Assembly: GCA_963575745.1 (NCBI GenBank)
Contig: CAUYUJ010000097.1
Span: 62,001 to 118,313, forward strand
Reading direction: 5' to 3'
Source: Prorocentrum cordatum
Lineage: Eukaryota
Length of the DNA: 56,313 nucleotides
In this document: positions 1-16,862 of the stretch, piece after piece
Numbering within the stretch: position 1 is the stretch's first letter
Layout of the letters: each line of letters starts with the position of its first letter
Program-made: the position numbers and the translations under genes
The notes under the pieces: model-generated
The model's database searches: none
What the model saw: only the letters and a program-made list of their open reading frames with translations
What the model was told of the DNA's origin: nothing

Positions 1-606
1 CATGCCCTTCATCTTGACGCATATTGCACATCTTCGCAAGCCCCTGGATGGGGATCCTGGGGGCCTCTTGGGACGTGGCGCGGCCTGTGCCACAGCTTAT
101 CTTGGGTGCGCCTAGGGCCTAGGGCCAACTTGGGGCAATCTTGGGCCATATTCGGTCATGTTGACGCGTCTTGGGGCCGTCTTGGGGCCCCGTTGGAGCC
201 GACGTTGAGGAGGTGGGGGAGGTGGGGGAGGTGGGGGAGGGGGGGGGGAAATAGGAGGAGGAGGAGAAGGAGGAGGAGGAGGAGGAGGAGGAGGAGGAGG
301 GGGAGGGGGGATGGGGCTCCGTGCCAGCCCGAGAGGAGTCCAGCGGCCTGCAGATCGATAGTGAGATCGATGCTGGGAGAGGGTGTGATATCGATAGTCG
401 ATAGTGCGACCCATAGCGAGAGCATAGGGAGAGCGCCCGATAATGCGATCGATAGTGCCATCAATTGTGATATCGACATCGCCCTTCCTTCGACAGTCCT
501 GGGGGCCTCGGGGGACCTCCACCGCCTCCTTCCTCGTCGCTCGCGGCTCAGTGATAAACGTGGGCAGTCTCGGTCTCTCTTCGCTTGCCCAGAGGGTGCG
601 CGGCCG

Positions 607-1410
607 ATGGCGGGCGCGACCGATGCGTCTGCCGCCCTCCTGCCGCTGGCGCCGCTGGCGCCGGCCGAGGGCGCCAGCGCGGCGCCGGCAGCTGTGGGGG
701 CAGATAAGGAGGACAGACGGAATGCTTCGAAGGTAGCCAGAGATTCCTCGACGGCTGGACCCAGTCCCAACGCAGCCAGCACGCCCAGGGGTACCAGACA
801 GCGGAAGGAGGGCGCCGACCAGAGGGACATCGCTACAGAGAAGGCTGACACAAAAAGCAAGACGGACATCGGCAAGAGCAAGAGCAAGAGCAAGAGCAAG
901 AGCAAGAGCAAGAGCAAGACAGACAAAAAAATCAAAAAGGCAGACAACACCAAAAAGGACAAGAAGGACAAACAAAACAAAAAAGACAAAAGGGACAAGA
1001 AATGCCATAAGCGGAGGGACTCTGACGAGCGGCCAGCAGGCCAGGCGGGGAAACATGCCTGCGTGGTTGGCACGGTGGCGAAGGAGGGCAAGCCCGTCGC
1101 TGGCGGCGCGGAGTATGAGGGTAGCACGGCACATCTGCAGATCAGGCGGGCGGGCACTGACGCTGAGGCCTCCGCTCGCAAGCTCACGGACATCCCCGCG
1201 TGGGCCAGGTTGTTCCGGGGCCGCGCGCCTGTGATCCACTCGGCCCGGCGCCCGTCGGCACCGAGCGGTGGCAGCCGCCAGGTTGCGGCATCCGCCGCAG
1301 CCGCGGCCCCCGCGCCAGCGCCGTTGCCGACGGAGTCGATGGCCGTCGACAGCGGGAAGGAGGCGCCCACCGACGCCGCGGCTCTCGCGGTGCAGGCCGC
1401 GGCCCCGCGC
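607..1410 (+). CDS. Probable exon of a low-complexity Ala/Lys-rich protein (KS/KKD repeats), function unknown
   Basis: ATG at 607 within ORF 106..2007, protein-like MAGATDASAALL... with a Lys/Asp-rich tract. The rest of that ORF is microsatellite or repeat, and the 3' end is uncertain. Confidence 0.3.
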
Positions 1411-1649
1411 CAGCGTTGGGAGGGGGGGCAGGGGTGCCGATGGGCCGATGGGGTGATCTCTGGTAGCGACGGGTGCGGGCGTTGCTGCTGTCGTTGTTGC
1501 TGGCGCTGTTGCTGTTGTTGTTACCGAAGGCGGTGTGGGGGGGAGGTAAACCTCCCGTGCAGGGGGTGGGGGAAGTTGGAAAAGGAAACGCGCTGGACCA
1601 CCTGCGCCCTCATGGGCCGCTGGGATGTCCGCCGAGCTCGTTCGGGCAT

Positions 1650-1880
1650 GTCCAGGGTATCTCCAGGTATCTCCGCAGAGCTCCTCGAGGTATCTCTGCA
1701 GAGCTCCACGTCCAGATATGTCCAAGGTATCTCCAGGTGTCACCTCCGAGCTCCTCCAGGGTACATCCAGGTATCTCCGCCGAGCCTCTCCAGGGTTTCT
1801 CTATGTCCAGGGATGTCCCAGTATCTCCTCCGAGCCCCCCCAGGGTATGTTCAGGAATCTCCGCCGAGCTCCTCCCAGGT
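1650..1880. repeat. Degenerate minisatellite (CCAGGTATCTCCGCCGAGCTCCT-like unit)
   Basis: Repeated ccaggtatctcc / gagctcctcc units. Confidence 0.75.
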
Positions 1881-2048
1881 TGGTTGGCCTGGGGCACCCC
1901 GGGAGGCGGGGGGGGAGGCGGCGGGGGAGGTGGAGGAGGAGGAGGACGAGGAGGAGGAGGAGGGGGATGCGGGGGAAGGAGGGGGATCGGGGGTAGTGGA
2001 GGAGTAGGAGGGAGGACGAGGAGTGCGAGGCAGGACGGAGGGCGGAGC

Positions 2049-2060
2049 TTCTGGCTCAAG
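2049..2060 (+). other. Relict dinoflagellate spliced leader directly before an ATG
   Basis: TTCTGGCTCAAG|ATG matches the DinoSL 3' end TTTTGGCTCAAG at 11 of 12 positions. Confidence 0.55.
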
Positions 2061-3580
2061 ATGGCGACGCCCGAAGCGGCGCAGACCGCGCGGCTGGCCG
2101 TGCTACCCGCGTTGCCTCTCCGGGCTTCCCCCCTTGGCGCCCGCTCGGGGCCGTCGTTCGATTGCCCCCTCGAGTGTTGCGACGGGCCCGCCCCGAGGTG
2201 GTGGCGGGCGCCCGCGCCGCTGGCCTGGGGTGCGCCTTAGGCGCCCGACCTGCTAGCGCTGCCATAGTGCACGGCGCAGCGGCCTCTCCGATAGCACTTC
2301 AGTTGCGCCGCGCAGGAGGGGGGGTGGCCAGAGTCGTGGTTCATTCCCTTGGGCAGAAACTGTTGGAGGGAGCCTCCCGCGATATTCGCTCTGCGTCGGC
2401 GGGGGCGCCCCGAACGTGCGTGCGTGCATCCCGTGTTTCGGTCGTTGCGCCCCCCCGTTGCTCCTGGTCGCCATGCCCCTCCCCGTTCCCGCGGTGTATC
2501 GTTTACCCTTGCGGCCGCGGCGTCTGGGCCAGGGGCAACAGCGGCCGCTTCGCGGAGATGTTGAGCCCTGGGGGGCGTTGGGGCCAGGCCGCCTTGCCGC
2601 AGTGCGCAAAACCACGGATGTGGGGAAGGGGGGGAGGAGTGGTGGCGGCGATGGAGGAGGGGGGAAAGGGGATAGTAGAGCGGAGGATGTGGGGAGGAGG
2701 GAAGGAGGGCGAGGAGGGAGCCGCAGGCCGTGGTCACCGACGACGTGCCCCTCGGCCAGCTCGTCAGCCTCGACAGCGTCCCCCTGAGCACCGTGATCGC
2801 CAACCCGACGGCCATGGCCGTCGTCAGGGCGCAGGCGGCTGCAGCCTCAGTTGCTTCGCCGCAGTTGGCAGCCCCAGGTGGCGCGCCCCAGTTATCAGCC
2901 CCAGTTGGTACGCCCGAGTTGGCGGCCCCAGCAGTTGGTACACCCGAGTTGGCAGATCAAGATGGCGCGCCAGTTGGCACGCTCGATGGTAGCCCCAGTC
3001 AGCAGCCGCAGTTGGCAGCCCCAGTTGGCAGGCTCGATGGTAGCCCGCGTCAGCAGCCCCAGTTGGCAGATCCAGTTGGCAGCCCCAGTAGGCAGCACGC
3101 GTTCCCTGGTGACCCTCGTTGGTACGTGAATGGCGTGACCGTCGAGTCGTCGAGCAAGTCGCACCTCGTGTTGAGTCCGGAAGCTTGCCGCGCGCCCTCC
3201 GGCGAGCGTGCAGGTGCGCCAGGGGGCCGTTTACGGGTAACTAACTTCCCCGCCCGCGTCCCGCTCCTCACGTCTCCCCCTCCACTCCACGCCCGCCCTT
3301 GCCTGTCCCGCCCATTCCCTCCTAGCCGTCCGCCTCCTTGCCTGCCCCTCCCCTCGCCCTTGCATGTTCCTCTCATTCCCTCCTGGCCCTTCGCCCCTTC
3401 GGTCGCACGCCCCCCCCCGCCCCTTGCCTGCTGCCCCCCGCCCGCCGCCGTCAGGTGCAGCTGGCAGGAGCGCGGTCACCGACGTGCTCGCTTCGCTGGG
3501 GCTGGCGCCGCCGACGTCCGTGCAGGGCGGCGATGACTTCCCTTTGTCTTCGGAGCTGAGCCTCGAGGAGCCGCCCGAGG
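2061..3580 (+). CDS. Putative multi-exon gene, possibly the 5' exons of the downstream methyltransferase
   Basis: Coding-like blocks at about 2061-2100, 2256-2370, 2495-2570, 2727-2840, 3093-3190 and 3467-3580, separated by C- or G-rich intron-like DNA. Splice sites not resolved. Confidence 0.35.
2860..3090. repeat. Minisatellite (GCAGTTGGCAGCCCC-like)
   Basis: Many agttggca/agttggta units. Confidence 0.7.
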
Positions 3581-4162
3581 TTTCAAGCTGTCGGGGGTGC
3601 GCGCTTCTGCTCCTGGGTGTGTCGTGCCACAGGATTTCGAATATATTATGTAACAGGTGATTACTTTATTTAATCATTAATTCAATAAATAAAAACATTT
3701 TCGCCCAGATGAGTTCAGATGAGTTTGATTTCCATCTGAAGCGACTGTATCGATCGGGGCTCCTCGGCCAGATGAGTTCAGATGAGATTGAGGAAACCTT
3801 TTATTATACATATGCAATCATTTATTAAATATCCAAGCATTTCGTCTTCGTTGAGAAAAGATTCCACCGATGTGGATATCAGGCCCCCTTCACGCTCCGA
3901 GCCTAGCTGCTCGCTCTCCAACCACGCTGCTCCTTCGTCCTCTTCCTGCCCCCGTGCCCTCCCCCCTCCCGCTCGACACGCTATGCGGGAAGGGGCCCTC
4001 GGACGCCCTGCAGACTCCAGACTCTCCCGATTCCTGCCCTTGATCCGACGGGGGAGGTGCGGCGGGCGGGCCCATGGACGGGGCTCTTGGGGCGGGGGAG
4101 GTGGGCTTTGCGCCGTCGCCGAGGAGCCCGTCCACAGGGGCGACGTCGCGGTCGAGTGGGAC

Positions 4163-5925
4163 ATGCTGGATAGCGAGCTACGCGCGGCGCCCGGCAGTGC
4201 AGGGGGGGGCGTGAGTGCGTCGGCGGAGCTGGATGGCATGTTGGACCTGGGCGACGGCCTGCTCGACCAGGATTGCCCCACCCCCGACGGCGTCCCTCAG
4301 GTAGCGGCCCAGGTCACCACCGAGGCTATCATCGCCTCGTGGCACCAGTCGATGCCGCCCGAGATTGAGCTCGAGTACGTGCAGGCCCTCAAAAACATGC
4401 AGGCCATGTCGCCGGTGCAGCGGTGGGGCGTCTGCGCTGGCTCTGGGATATCGTCGAAGTTCTTCGAGAAGTACTCAAGCTTCCTGCGCGTCGCGTGGGG
4501 CCTCGACGTGGCCGTGGAGACGAAGCTGCTGTGCGAGGCGGACAATGACAAGATGAAGTGCTTGATGGTGCAGTGCCCCGCGAGCTATTACGTGCATACC
4601 ATGGAGGCGCTGGTGGGAGATTCCGCCCGCGTTGTTGGCGATCCAGGCGAGCCGCAGATCCTTCCTTACGTCATGCTACTCGACGGGGGGATCCCATGCC
4701 AGTCGAGGTGTTCGGCTTCCAACAGCAGGAAGGGGAACATGAACTGCGCGCAGGAAGGGCGCTCGAAGACGGGGGAGGGGTACTCCACATTCGAGCGCAT
4801 TGCGTGCAAGCACGGCGCCGACTACTGCATCGTGGAGTGCACCTCTAACCTTAACCAGAAGGACGCCGATAAGGCGGACGCCAAGTCCGATGCCGAGTAC
4901 ATGGTGGAGTCCATGGCGAAGAAGTTGGATCAGTGGACTCTGAAGGTGGACCTGGATGCCCGGGACTGGGGCTCGTTTCCACCTCGCCAGCGCACCTATT
5001 GGGTTGGCGCGAAGGGCCCCGTGGGCACTCACGACGAGATATCCATGTTCTTCATGCGCGTGCTGAGGGGCATGAAGGTCGCCAAGCCCGAGGCTCCGTC
5101 GGCATTTATCACCACCAGCAACGATGCGCTCGCAGAAGAGGCGGCTGCCCTGGGCATCCCCCTACACTCGTTCTTCGGCATGCGGGAGCCGAAGCACGGC
5201 CAGGCGGAGGTCGAGTGGAAGACCGAGCACATGCAGCTGTGCGATTTCCACGGCATCAAATGGCCCATCGACTTGTCAGAGGCTCGGGCAGGCGTCCGCT
5301 TCAACGGGTTGCTGCCGCAACAACGGGAGGTGTTGTACATCGTGGATCACTTGTTTCCTCGCTCTGTCAGTGATGAGCATGTGATCGAGTTCTTCGACGT
5401 CAACCCGCCAATCAATCGGACCCGCCAATCAATCGGACCTGCCTGGGCTGCCTGGAGGATGGTAAGTACGCGAGGAAGCCGAAGCAGGAAGCGGGGCCAT
5501 GGCGCCAGCATCCAGTCACGCTGATTGGGTCGTCGAAGATCATCTGCAGGTACGTCGACAGGGGCACTGGAGTAGTTGTCGCCCGCGCGCTCGAGGCGTT
5601 CGAGTACTTTCGGCTGATCTGCTGGTTCGACGAGTGCTGGGCCAAGATGCCTAAGGAGCTGAGTGAGAATGTCGAGTTCTTGGAGATGTGCGCGAACATG
5701 GCTGGCAACGCCTACAGCATCTACCAGTTCGGCCCCGTCTCCTGCGCGCTCTTCGCGACGATCGGGCGTTTCCACTCGGCCTTCGTCGACCAGGCCCCCG
5801 CCGAGGGGTCCCGGGGCACCAAGGCGGAGGTGGTGGACCTTGATGCTCCTGCACAGCCTGAGGAGGCCGCGCTAGACTTGGTCGACCTTAGCTCCGACTC
5901 GGAGTTAAGCGGAAGCTCGGATTAG
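4163..5925 (+). pseudogene. C5 cytosine DNA methyltransferase (DNMT5-like catalytic domain), frameshifted
   Basis: Motif I GVCAGSG (4427-4447), II CEAD, IV GGIPCQS (PC at 4694-4699), VI IVECT, VIII PRQRTYWVG, IX RALEAFEYFRL, X MAGNAYS (from 5698). The frame is broken by a 17-bp tandem duplication (5403-5419/5420-5436). The start is uncertain because upstream exons are likely. Confidence 0.85.
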
Positions 5926-6544
5926 GCAGGCTTCCCACTGTCCTCCTCGTGCTCCATTGCCCTCCTCCCCCTCGCCAGCCCATCGCCTTGCCCCTCCTCC
6001 TGCCCTTGCTTCCACAATGACAATATTCCACTCAGCCCCCTCCGCCCTCCAGCCGTCGAGCATCATGATCGTGCGTTTTCGGGTTGGCCGATCCGGAGTG
6101 CCGACGCGCTGGCCGTGGAGCGCCAGGGATGCCGGTTGGAGTGATTTGTAGATAGATGGTGCTGCGCATCGTCGCGGGAAATACTGATGCCCGAGCTCGA
6201 AGTCGCAATTCGAGACGCTTCGGGCATTCCCATCAGCCCATCCAGAAACGATGTCCAGGCGAGTTGGGGTGATCACAGGAAACAACCAAAACGAAGAAAG
6301 GAGGAAACGAGGAAAGGACGAAACGAGGAAAGGAGGAAACGAGGAAACAACCAAAACGAGGAAACAACCGAAACGCTCGAAGGAGGGAGGAGGAGAAGGA
6401 GGAGGCTGGCTGGATGGATGATGATGTGATGGAGAAGGAGGCCTGAGTAGGGGGGGAGGAGGCTGGATGGATGATGGAGTGATGAAGCAGTCCGCCGTGA
6501 ACACCCATTTCATTTCGTCATATCCTCCTCTGGGAAGGGTCTTC

Positions 6545-6550
6545 GTCGTA

Positions 6551-6586
<36 letters not shown>

Positions 6587-6649
6587 TTACTTCGACCAGA
6601 CCTTCATGGCGCAGGCCCGCGACGCGCGCTTGCAGCTCGCGTTGTCGTT

Positions 6650-6706
<57 letters not shown>

Positions 6707-6830
6707 TTACTTCGACCAGACCTTCGTGGCGCAGGCCCGCGACGCGCGCCTGCGCGCACGCGTGCCCGCGAGGAGGAGGAGGAGGAGGAGGAAGAGGAAG
6801 AGGAGAAGGAAGAGGAGGGCGGCAGGGCGA
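6545..6830. repeat. (GTC)n microsatellites with a duplicated ~43-bp spacer, then (GAG)n
   Basis: Two GTC runs, each followed by ttacttcgaccagaccttcRtggcgcaggcccgcgacgcgcgc. Confidence 0.85.
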
Positions 6831-6899
6831 GGTCGTGGGCGAGGACGAGGGCGGCAGGAGGAGGAGGGGGAGGACCAGGAGGCAGACGGCTGGGGGCGT

Positions 6900-7080
6900 C
6901 AGCAGCATTATCAGCAGCATCACGTTCCCATCGTCTGCATCATCATCATCATCATCAGCATCATCATCATCATCATCATCATCCTCATCCTCATCAGCAT
7001 CAGCAGCATCATCAGCATCATCAGCATCATCAGCATCATCATCATCAGCAGCATCAGCATCAGCATCAGTATGATCATCA
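6900..7080. repeat. (CAT/CAG)n microsatellite
   Basis: Direct reading. Confidence 0.9.
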
Positions 7081-7210
7081 AGGCAGATGGGGTCCCCGCA
7101 GCTTTGTGGCTTCAGCACTTGCAGGCCTTGGGCACTTGAGACCCTGGTTGTTGCTGGCGCTTTGCACCCCTCCGATCCCTATCTGCATCCCTGGGCGCCG
7201 AGGCTCGGCC

Positions 7211-12366
<5,156 letters not shown>

Positions 12367-12436
12367 GGGAGAGCAGCTCGAGTATTCCTGACACTTCGCG
12401 TCTCCCAGGCTGCGGCATTTGGCATCCGCGCTAGTA

Positions 12437-12648
12437 TTCTTGACGCTTCGCGTATCCCCGCCTGCCCATCCAGGGATGATGCCCATCAGAGCTGACGGGA
12501 GAAGGGATCTTGGGCTCTCTGAGGCCCTCTTGGGGCCCCGTCCAGACCCTGGGATGGGGGGGCCTCTGCCTCCCAAGCAGGGGGAGGAAGGAGGTTGGAA
12601 AAGGAAACGCGCTAGACCACTTGCGCCCTAAAGGGCGGGTGGGCTTCG
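12437..12648 (-). mobile_element. Short Helitron2/Helentron-like non-autonomous element
   Basis: Asymmetric inverted repeat (cccgcctgccc / gggcgggtggg) plus terminal hairpin acgcttcgcgt. Its ttggaaaaggaaacgcgctRgaccacYtgcgccct segment recurs at 1577-1610. Confidence 0.45.
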
Positions 12649-14135
12649 CGCCTGTGCTGATTCCAGCTCGCGGATTGGGTTGCAGTCCTCGGCGCCCTGG
12701 GTTGCGCGCCCTCACCTCCCGCCTCGCCATCTCACTCTTGCAGCGCCAAGGGGTCGTCAGCAGGCGCAGGCGTTTGCCTGCTTGCCAGCCGCCCGCGGCC
12801 CAGCGCGATGTTCGACAGCTCTGGCACTCGGGGGGGAGCAGGGGGCAGACGGATGGGTTCGGGGGAATTGGGTGCTTCTTGTGCTGCGGAGCTGTCGCGC
12901 TGAACCCAGTTTTTTTTTTTATCGTGGGTGGCGCAGCGCTGGGCGAGGCCCCCAGCGGGCCTTCGGGGCGCCCGGTGCCCTGCGCCGCTCGCTTTCGCTC
13001 GCGCCCCGCGTGGGGTTCGGGCGCAGGCGGGGGCTCCACGACACTGCGGCAGATGTGCCGCATGAAAATGCATCGATTCGCCAGGAAAATGAAGAATCGT
13101 CGGGCTCATTTCTGATCACCCGAGCCTCGCCGATTACCGATGGATCTCTGGCTTGATACAGGGGAGGGCCCCTGGGGAGATTTGTGTGCATGTGTCCTCG
13201 CTTGGGCCTCTTCCATCAGCTGCGACTCGTTGGTGGCTCTCTGGGGCTCGGCGGAGCGGGATCTTCGCATCTCCGATTCCGCGTGTGGATGCGTTCCTCC
13301 GGGGGCCTCTCCGATCGGCGGCTCTTATGCCTCTGTGATCAAACGTTACTCTGGCATGAATTCGTCATTTACCATTATTAGATTCATGTGTATTGTCATT
13401 TGCATTATCATTATCATGAATATTATCATTAATGGATCATTCGTATTATTGATTTGTTTTAATAATGTGGTTTAATATTAATATGCATATGTTTAGTATC
13501 ATTATTGATTTCATCATCAATATATCTTTTTTCTTTTATCATTTCTCTCATGGTCTACAGATAGTGATGTGTCCGCACGGGCCAAGCCATGCCCTTCCGA
13601 GGCCCTTGCATCCTTACCGTGCGTCCTCACGATACGGGTTGACTACCACACCCCTCGCCAAACCCCCGAAAGCCGCCGCCCTGGGCTCACCGCCGACTCT
13701 AGAGGTGCACCTTCCGGAGCTGTGCGCCCCGCCCGAGTTCTGCGGGCCAGTGTTCGACCACTGCGCGTCCATCCTCGGGCAGTCGGGCGGGGCTGCAGTC
13801 AACCCGTGGAGTCAGGACGCACGATCGGGATGCAAGGGCCGCGGAAGGCCACTTCGAGGCTTTTCGAGAGGGGCGCGGCCAGCGAAAGTGGCCAAGGCCG
13901 AGGGCAAGGACTTCAGGGTACCCTTGGGAAGGTTCCCCATCCTGCTTTTGCGGGTTGACTGCAGGACAATGACAAATCCGTTCCAGGGCACTCTCGGAGC
14001 GGTCCGCAACGCCCTGAGGAAGGCCGCGGCGCCCGTTGTGTCCTCCAGGGCCGCCGATTCTCAGAGATCCCTGTGTTTTTTTCCTCGGCCGAAGTTGTCC
14101 CAGCCCTGGCTTCGCCTTGGTCAGGGGCAACGATA

Positions 14136-14286
14136 GGGGGGGATGCATCGACCCATAATCGCCCATTGATCGCCGATAGGGGCCCGACAGCCCCAACGTG
14201 CCCAGGAAGGTGCGGATTCACTATCGGGGGCCTATCGCCGATCTATCGGCGATGCATCGCCGACCCCAGGTCGATGTTTCCCCCCC
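14136..14286. mobile_element. MITE, TA-flanked
   Basis: ta|gggggggatgcatcgacc ... ggtcgatgtttccccccc|ta. Related copies at about 34565-34719 and 37026-37180. Confidence 0.7.
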
Positions 14287-14486
14287 TATGCCTCTCCCCC
14301 CCTCTCGCTGCCCCTCACTCAGGCAGCTGACCTGCAACGCCGTGGTCGGCATCCTTGGGGCCGCCGCCCACCTGCGCCACGGCTGCGCCCGCTTCTGGGC
14401 CTCAGCCCTCGGGCACTGCTCGGGCCGCGTGGCGGGGGGCGAGTGGGAGCCGGAGGGGAAGAAGCCTGTGGCCATCGGGGCTCAAG

Positions 14487-14707
14487 AGACGGGGGTCAAT
14501 GCAAACGGGGGTCAGCCGGGGCACCGGATCCTGCAGGATCCTGCGAAGACCCCCTTTGGCTGACCCGGGTTAGCGAGCCGCTCGTGGCCGCGAGGCGGCC
14601 GCGCATATTGGCTGACCCGGGTTTGCGAAGACCTGCGTTGCAGTTTTTTTCTTGCATTGCAGTTTTTGGTTTCCTGCTGACCCAGGTCTGGATTGACCCG
14701 GGTCAGA
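14487..14707. mobile_element. Degenerate MITE
   Basis: gggtcaatgcaaacgggggtcagc ... gctgacccaggtctggattgaccc inverted ends, with internal gctgacccggg repeats. Confidence 0.5.
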
Positions 14708-14769
14708 AGATCCCCGAGGCCATAGCCAAAGCTTCAAGCAGTGGCGAAGCGTCCCGGCCAGCCCATAGG

Positions 14770-14838
14770 CCCACCCAAGAATGTTCTAAGAACATTTTGC
14801 GGTTTCAGCGAGATGTTCTTAGAACATTTCTGGTTGGG
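14770..14838. repeat. Foldback built from ATGTTCTWAGAACAT palindromes
   Basis: cccacccaagaatgttctaagaacat ... atgttcttagaacatttctggttggg, with a third palindrome at about 14866-14880. Confidence 0.65.
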
Positions 14839-15013
14839 TCTGTCTTGGTTTAACACATCGGGTTTATGTTCTAAGAACATGGCACATTTGGGGGGTCTAA
14901 GGACATTTCGTGGTAGGACTAGGAATGTTGGACGGTCGGTCCCTGCTCAAAGGCGACACTGAGATCCGGGCCGCGTTTTCGCCGGGTTTCGGGCCCCCAG
15001 GCCCTCACAGATC

Positions 15014-15207
15014 TCGGGGGCGGAAAAGAGGGGGGTGATGACTAGGGGGCGGTGGATATCATGGCGTGGGCCATGATATTTCCCCAGATCGCATGGCGCC
15101 TCTTCTTGTTTCATTACGTCCCTGGCCCCCCCGCTGGGCCGCGCACATGCCGCCGGTCATGATTTGCACCCCCCCCTCTTGGACACCCCCCTCTTGGCCG
15201 CTCCCGA
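15014..15207. mobile_element. MITE with 5-bp AGATC target duplication
   Basis: agatc|tcgggggcggaaaagaggggggtg ... cacccccctcttggccgctcccga|agatc. Confidence 0.7.
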
Positions 15208-15324
15208 AGATCGATGCGGCTCGAGAAATGAAGCAGAGAGACAGGGTCTATAGGGCTCCAGTGGCGATCTCTTTCGCGATGCGTGGATTTGTTTCTGTAA
15301 CGCCAGATCTGAGGGACCGCCCCT

Positions 15325-15398
15325 CCCTCTCCTCTCCTCTCCTCTCCTCTCCTCTCCTCTCCTCTCCTCTCCTCTCCTCTCCTCTCCTCTCCTCTCTC
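15325..15398. repeat. (CTCCT)n microsatellite
   Basis: Direct reading. Confidence 0.9.
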
Positions 15399-16862
15399 TG
15401 CAAACGCGTCGGTGTCGGTCGTGGTCGCCATGAACTCGTGGATCGGCCCCGCGAATCGGCGACGGCCGGCATGGAAGACGACCAAGATTGGCGTGGACAA
15501 GTTCCCGCGATTGGAGGGTTTCTCCGAAAGACTTAGGCGACCCGTCCTCCTCCTCCTACTCCTCCTCCCTCCTCTTCCTCCTCCTCCTCCTCCTCCTCCT
15601 CCTCCTCCTCCATCTCCTCCTCCCCTTCCCCCTCCCCCTCCTCCCCATCCACCTCTTTTGCAACCTTTGCAATGCGGCCCAATGTCGCTCCCGCGACGTG
15701 GCCGACGCCTCGGCGGCTTGTGCCGCGGAGGTTGCGGGCTTTGCCGCTCAGGTGGCGCACAGCACGGCTGCCGCGCCCGCACACGGAAGGGACACCCAGG
15801 CCTCACGAGGCCAAACCAGCCGCCAGCGGCCGAGGCAACGCGCCGGGGCCCGAAGGCCCGCGAAAAGGTCCAGAAAAGAAGGCAGGAGGAACGAGGAGCA
15901 GAGGGAGGACGCCTCCAGGGCTCTCAAGAGGGGAGGGGGCTCCAGCAGGAGCCGAAACCGGCGCGGCAAACGCGAAGCCCCGACCCCCGAGGAGAGAGAA
16001 GGAGAAGGTTGCGTGGCCAGAGGAGGAGAGGGGGACGTCAAAGCTCCCAGGCCAGGGGAGCAGTGACGGGGGGCCTGGAGCCTGGATGACGGCCTCATCC
16101 CTGACACCGCCACCCTCTACTGGCCTGCAGCAGCTCTCCGCGCCCAGCAGGTCGTCGAGCCGCCGTCTCCGCTCGGGGGGTGGCGGTATCTCGGGTTAGG
16201 CGCCTTCTGATGAGTGCACCCCAACCCCGCGAAGCGGGGGAAGGGAGGAAAAAAGGAAACAAGGCGGAGGATAGGCACCAGGACCGAAGGAGAGGGAGGA
16301 AGGAGGAGTAGTTTCACTGGAACGTCGGGGGCGGACTGGGTCCTGGGTCGTGGCTGGCCTCGCCCGCTCACCGCGGGGCGGTTCACGCGAGGAGCTCGAC
16401 CTCGTCCCCCTCCCCTGGAGGGGGTGTCCACGAAGATGCGGCCGACCATCCTGGTGTCGCTCTCTCCGCGCGACTAGTAGGCAACCTCTGGCTTCTCCCT
16501 GTGGCCTGCGTCAAGGCCTGCGCTATCGGTTGTTGTGGCGCTTCTGGTTGCGCCCACTGGACCAGCGGCTGCTCGTCCAGTATGGGCCGATCCAGGCACG
16601 TCGCCGTTAGTGCCAGCGGCCCCGCGACGGCTTGCCATCTCTACTACAGCTCGGTGCGCTGGCGCTGCGTAGAGCGGGGGCCCATTCGTCTTCTCCTCCA
16701 GGGAGACGGGTGGCTTGTCGTAATGTTGTGGTCGCCGTAGTGGTCGAGGTCGCCGAGGTGGTCGAGGGGCTGCTGTCGTTGTTGGCTGCCGCCGCTGGTC
16801 GAGTGCTGCTGTCGTTGTTGTTGGTCGTGTTGTAGGGGCGTTGATTGCACTGGTAAGGTCTC

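Noticed and set aside
3705..3787. Direct repeat CCAGATGAGTTCAGATGAG in an AT-rich patch
   Set aside because: Probably an intronic repeat fragment, with no further structure.
6467..7210. Poly-V/E/H N-terminal part of ORF 6467..7690
   Set aside because: Trinucleotide microsatellites. Coding-like sequence begins at ATG 7211.
14466..14486. SL-like CTGTGGCCATCGGGGCTCAAG (and tagccagtccttggctcag at about 32959)
   Set aside because: Five mismatches in 21, and no convincing downstream CDS.
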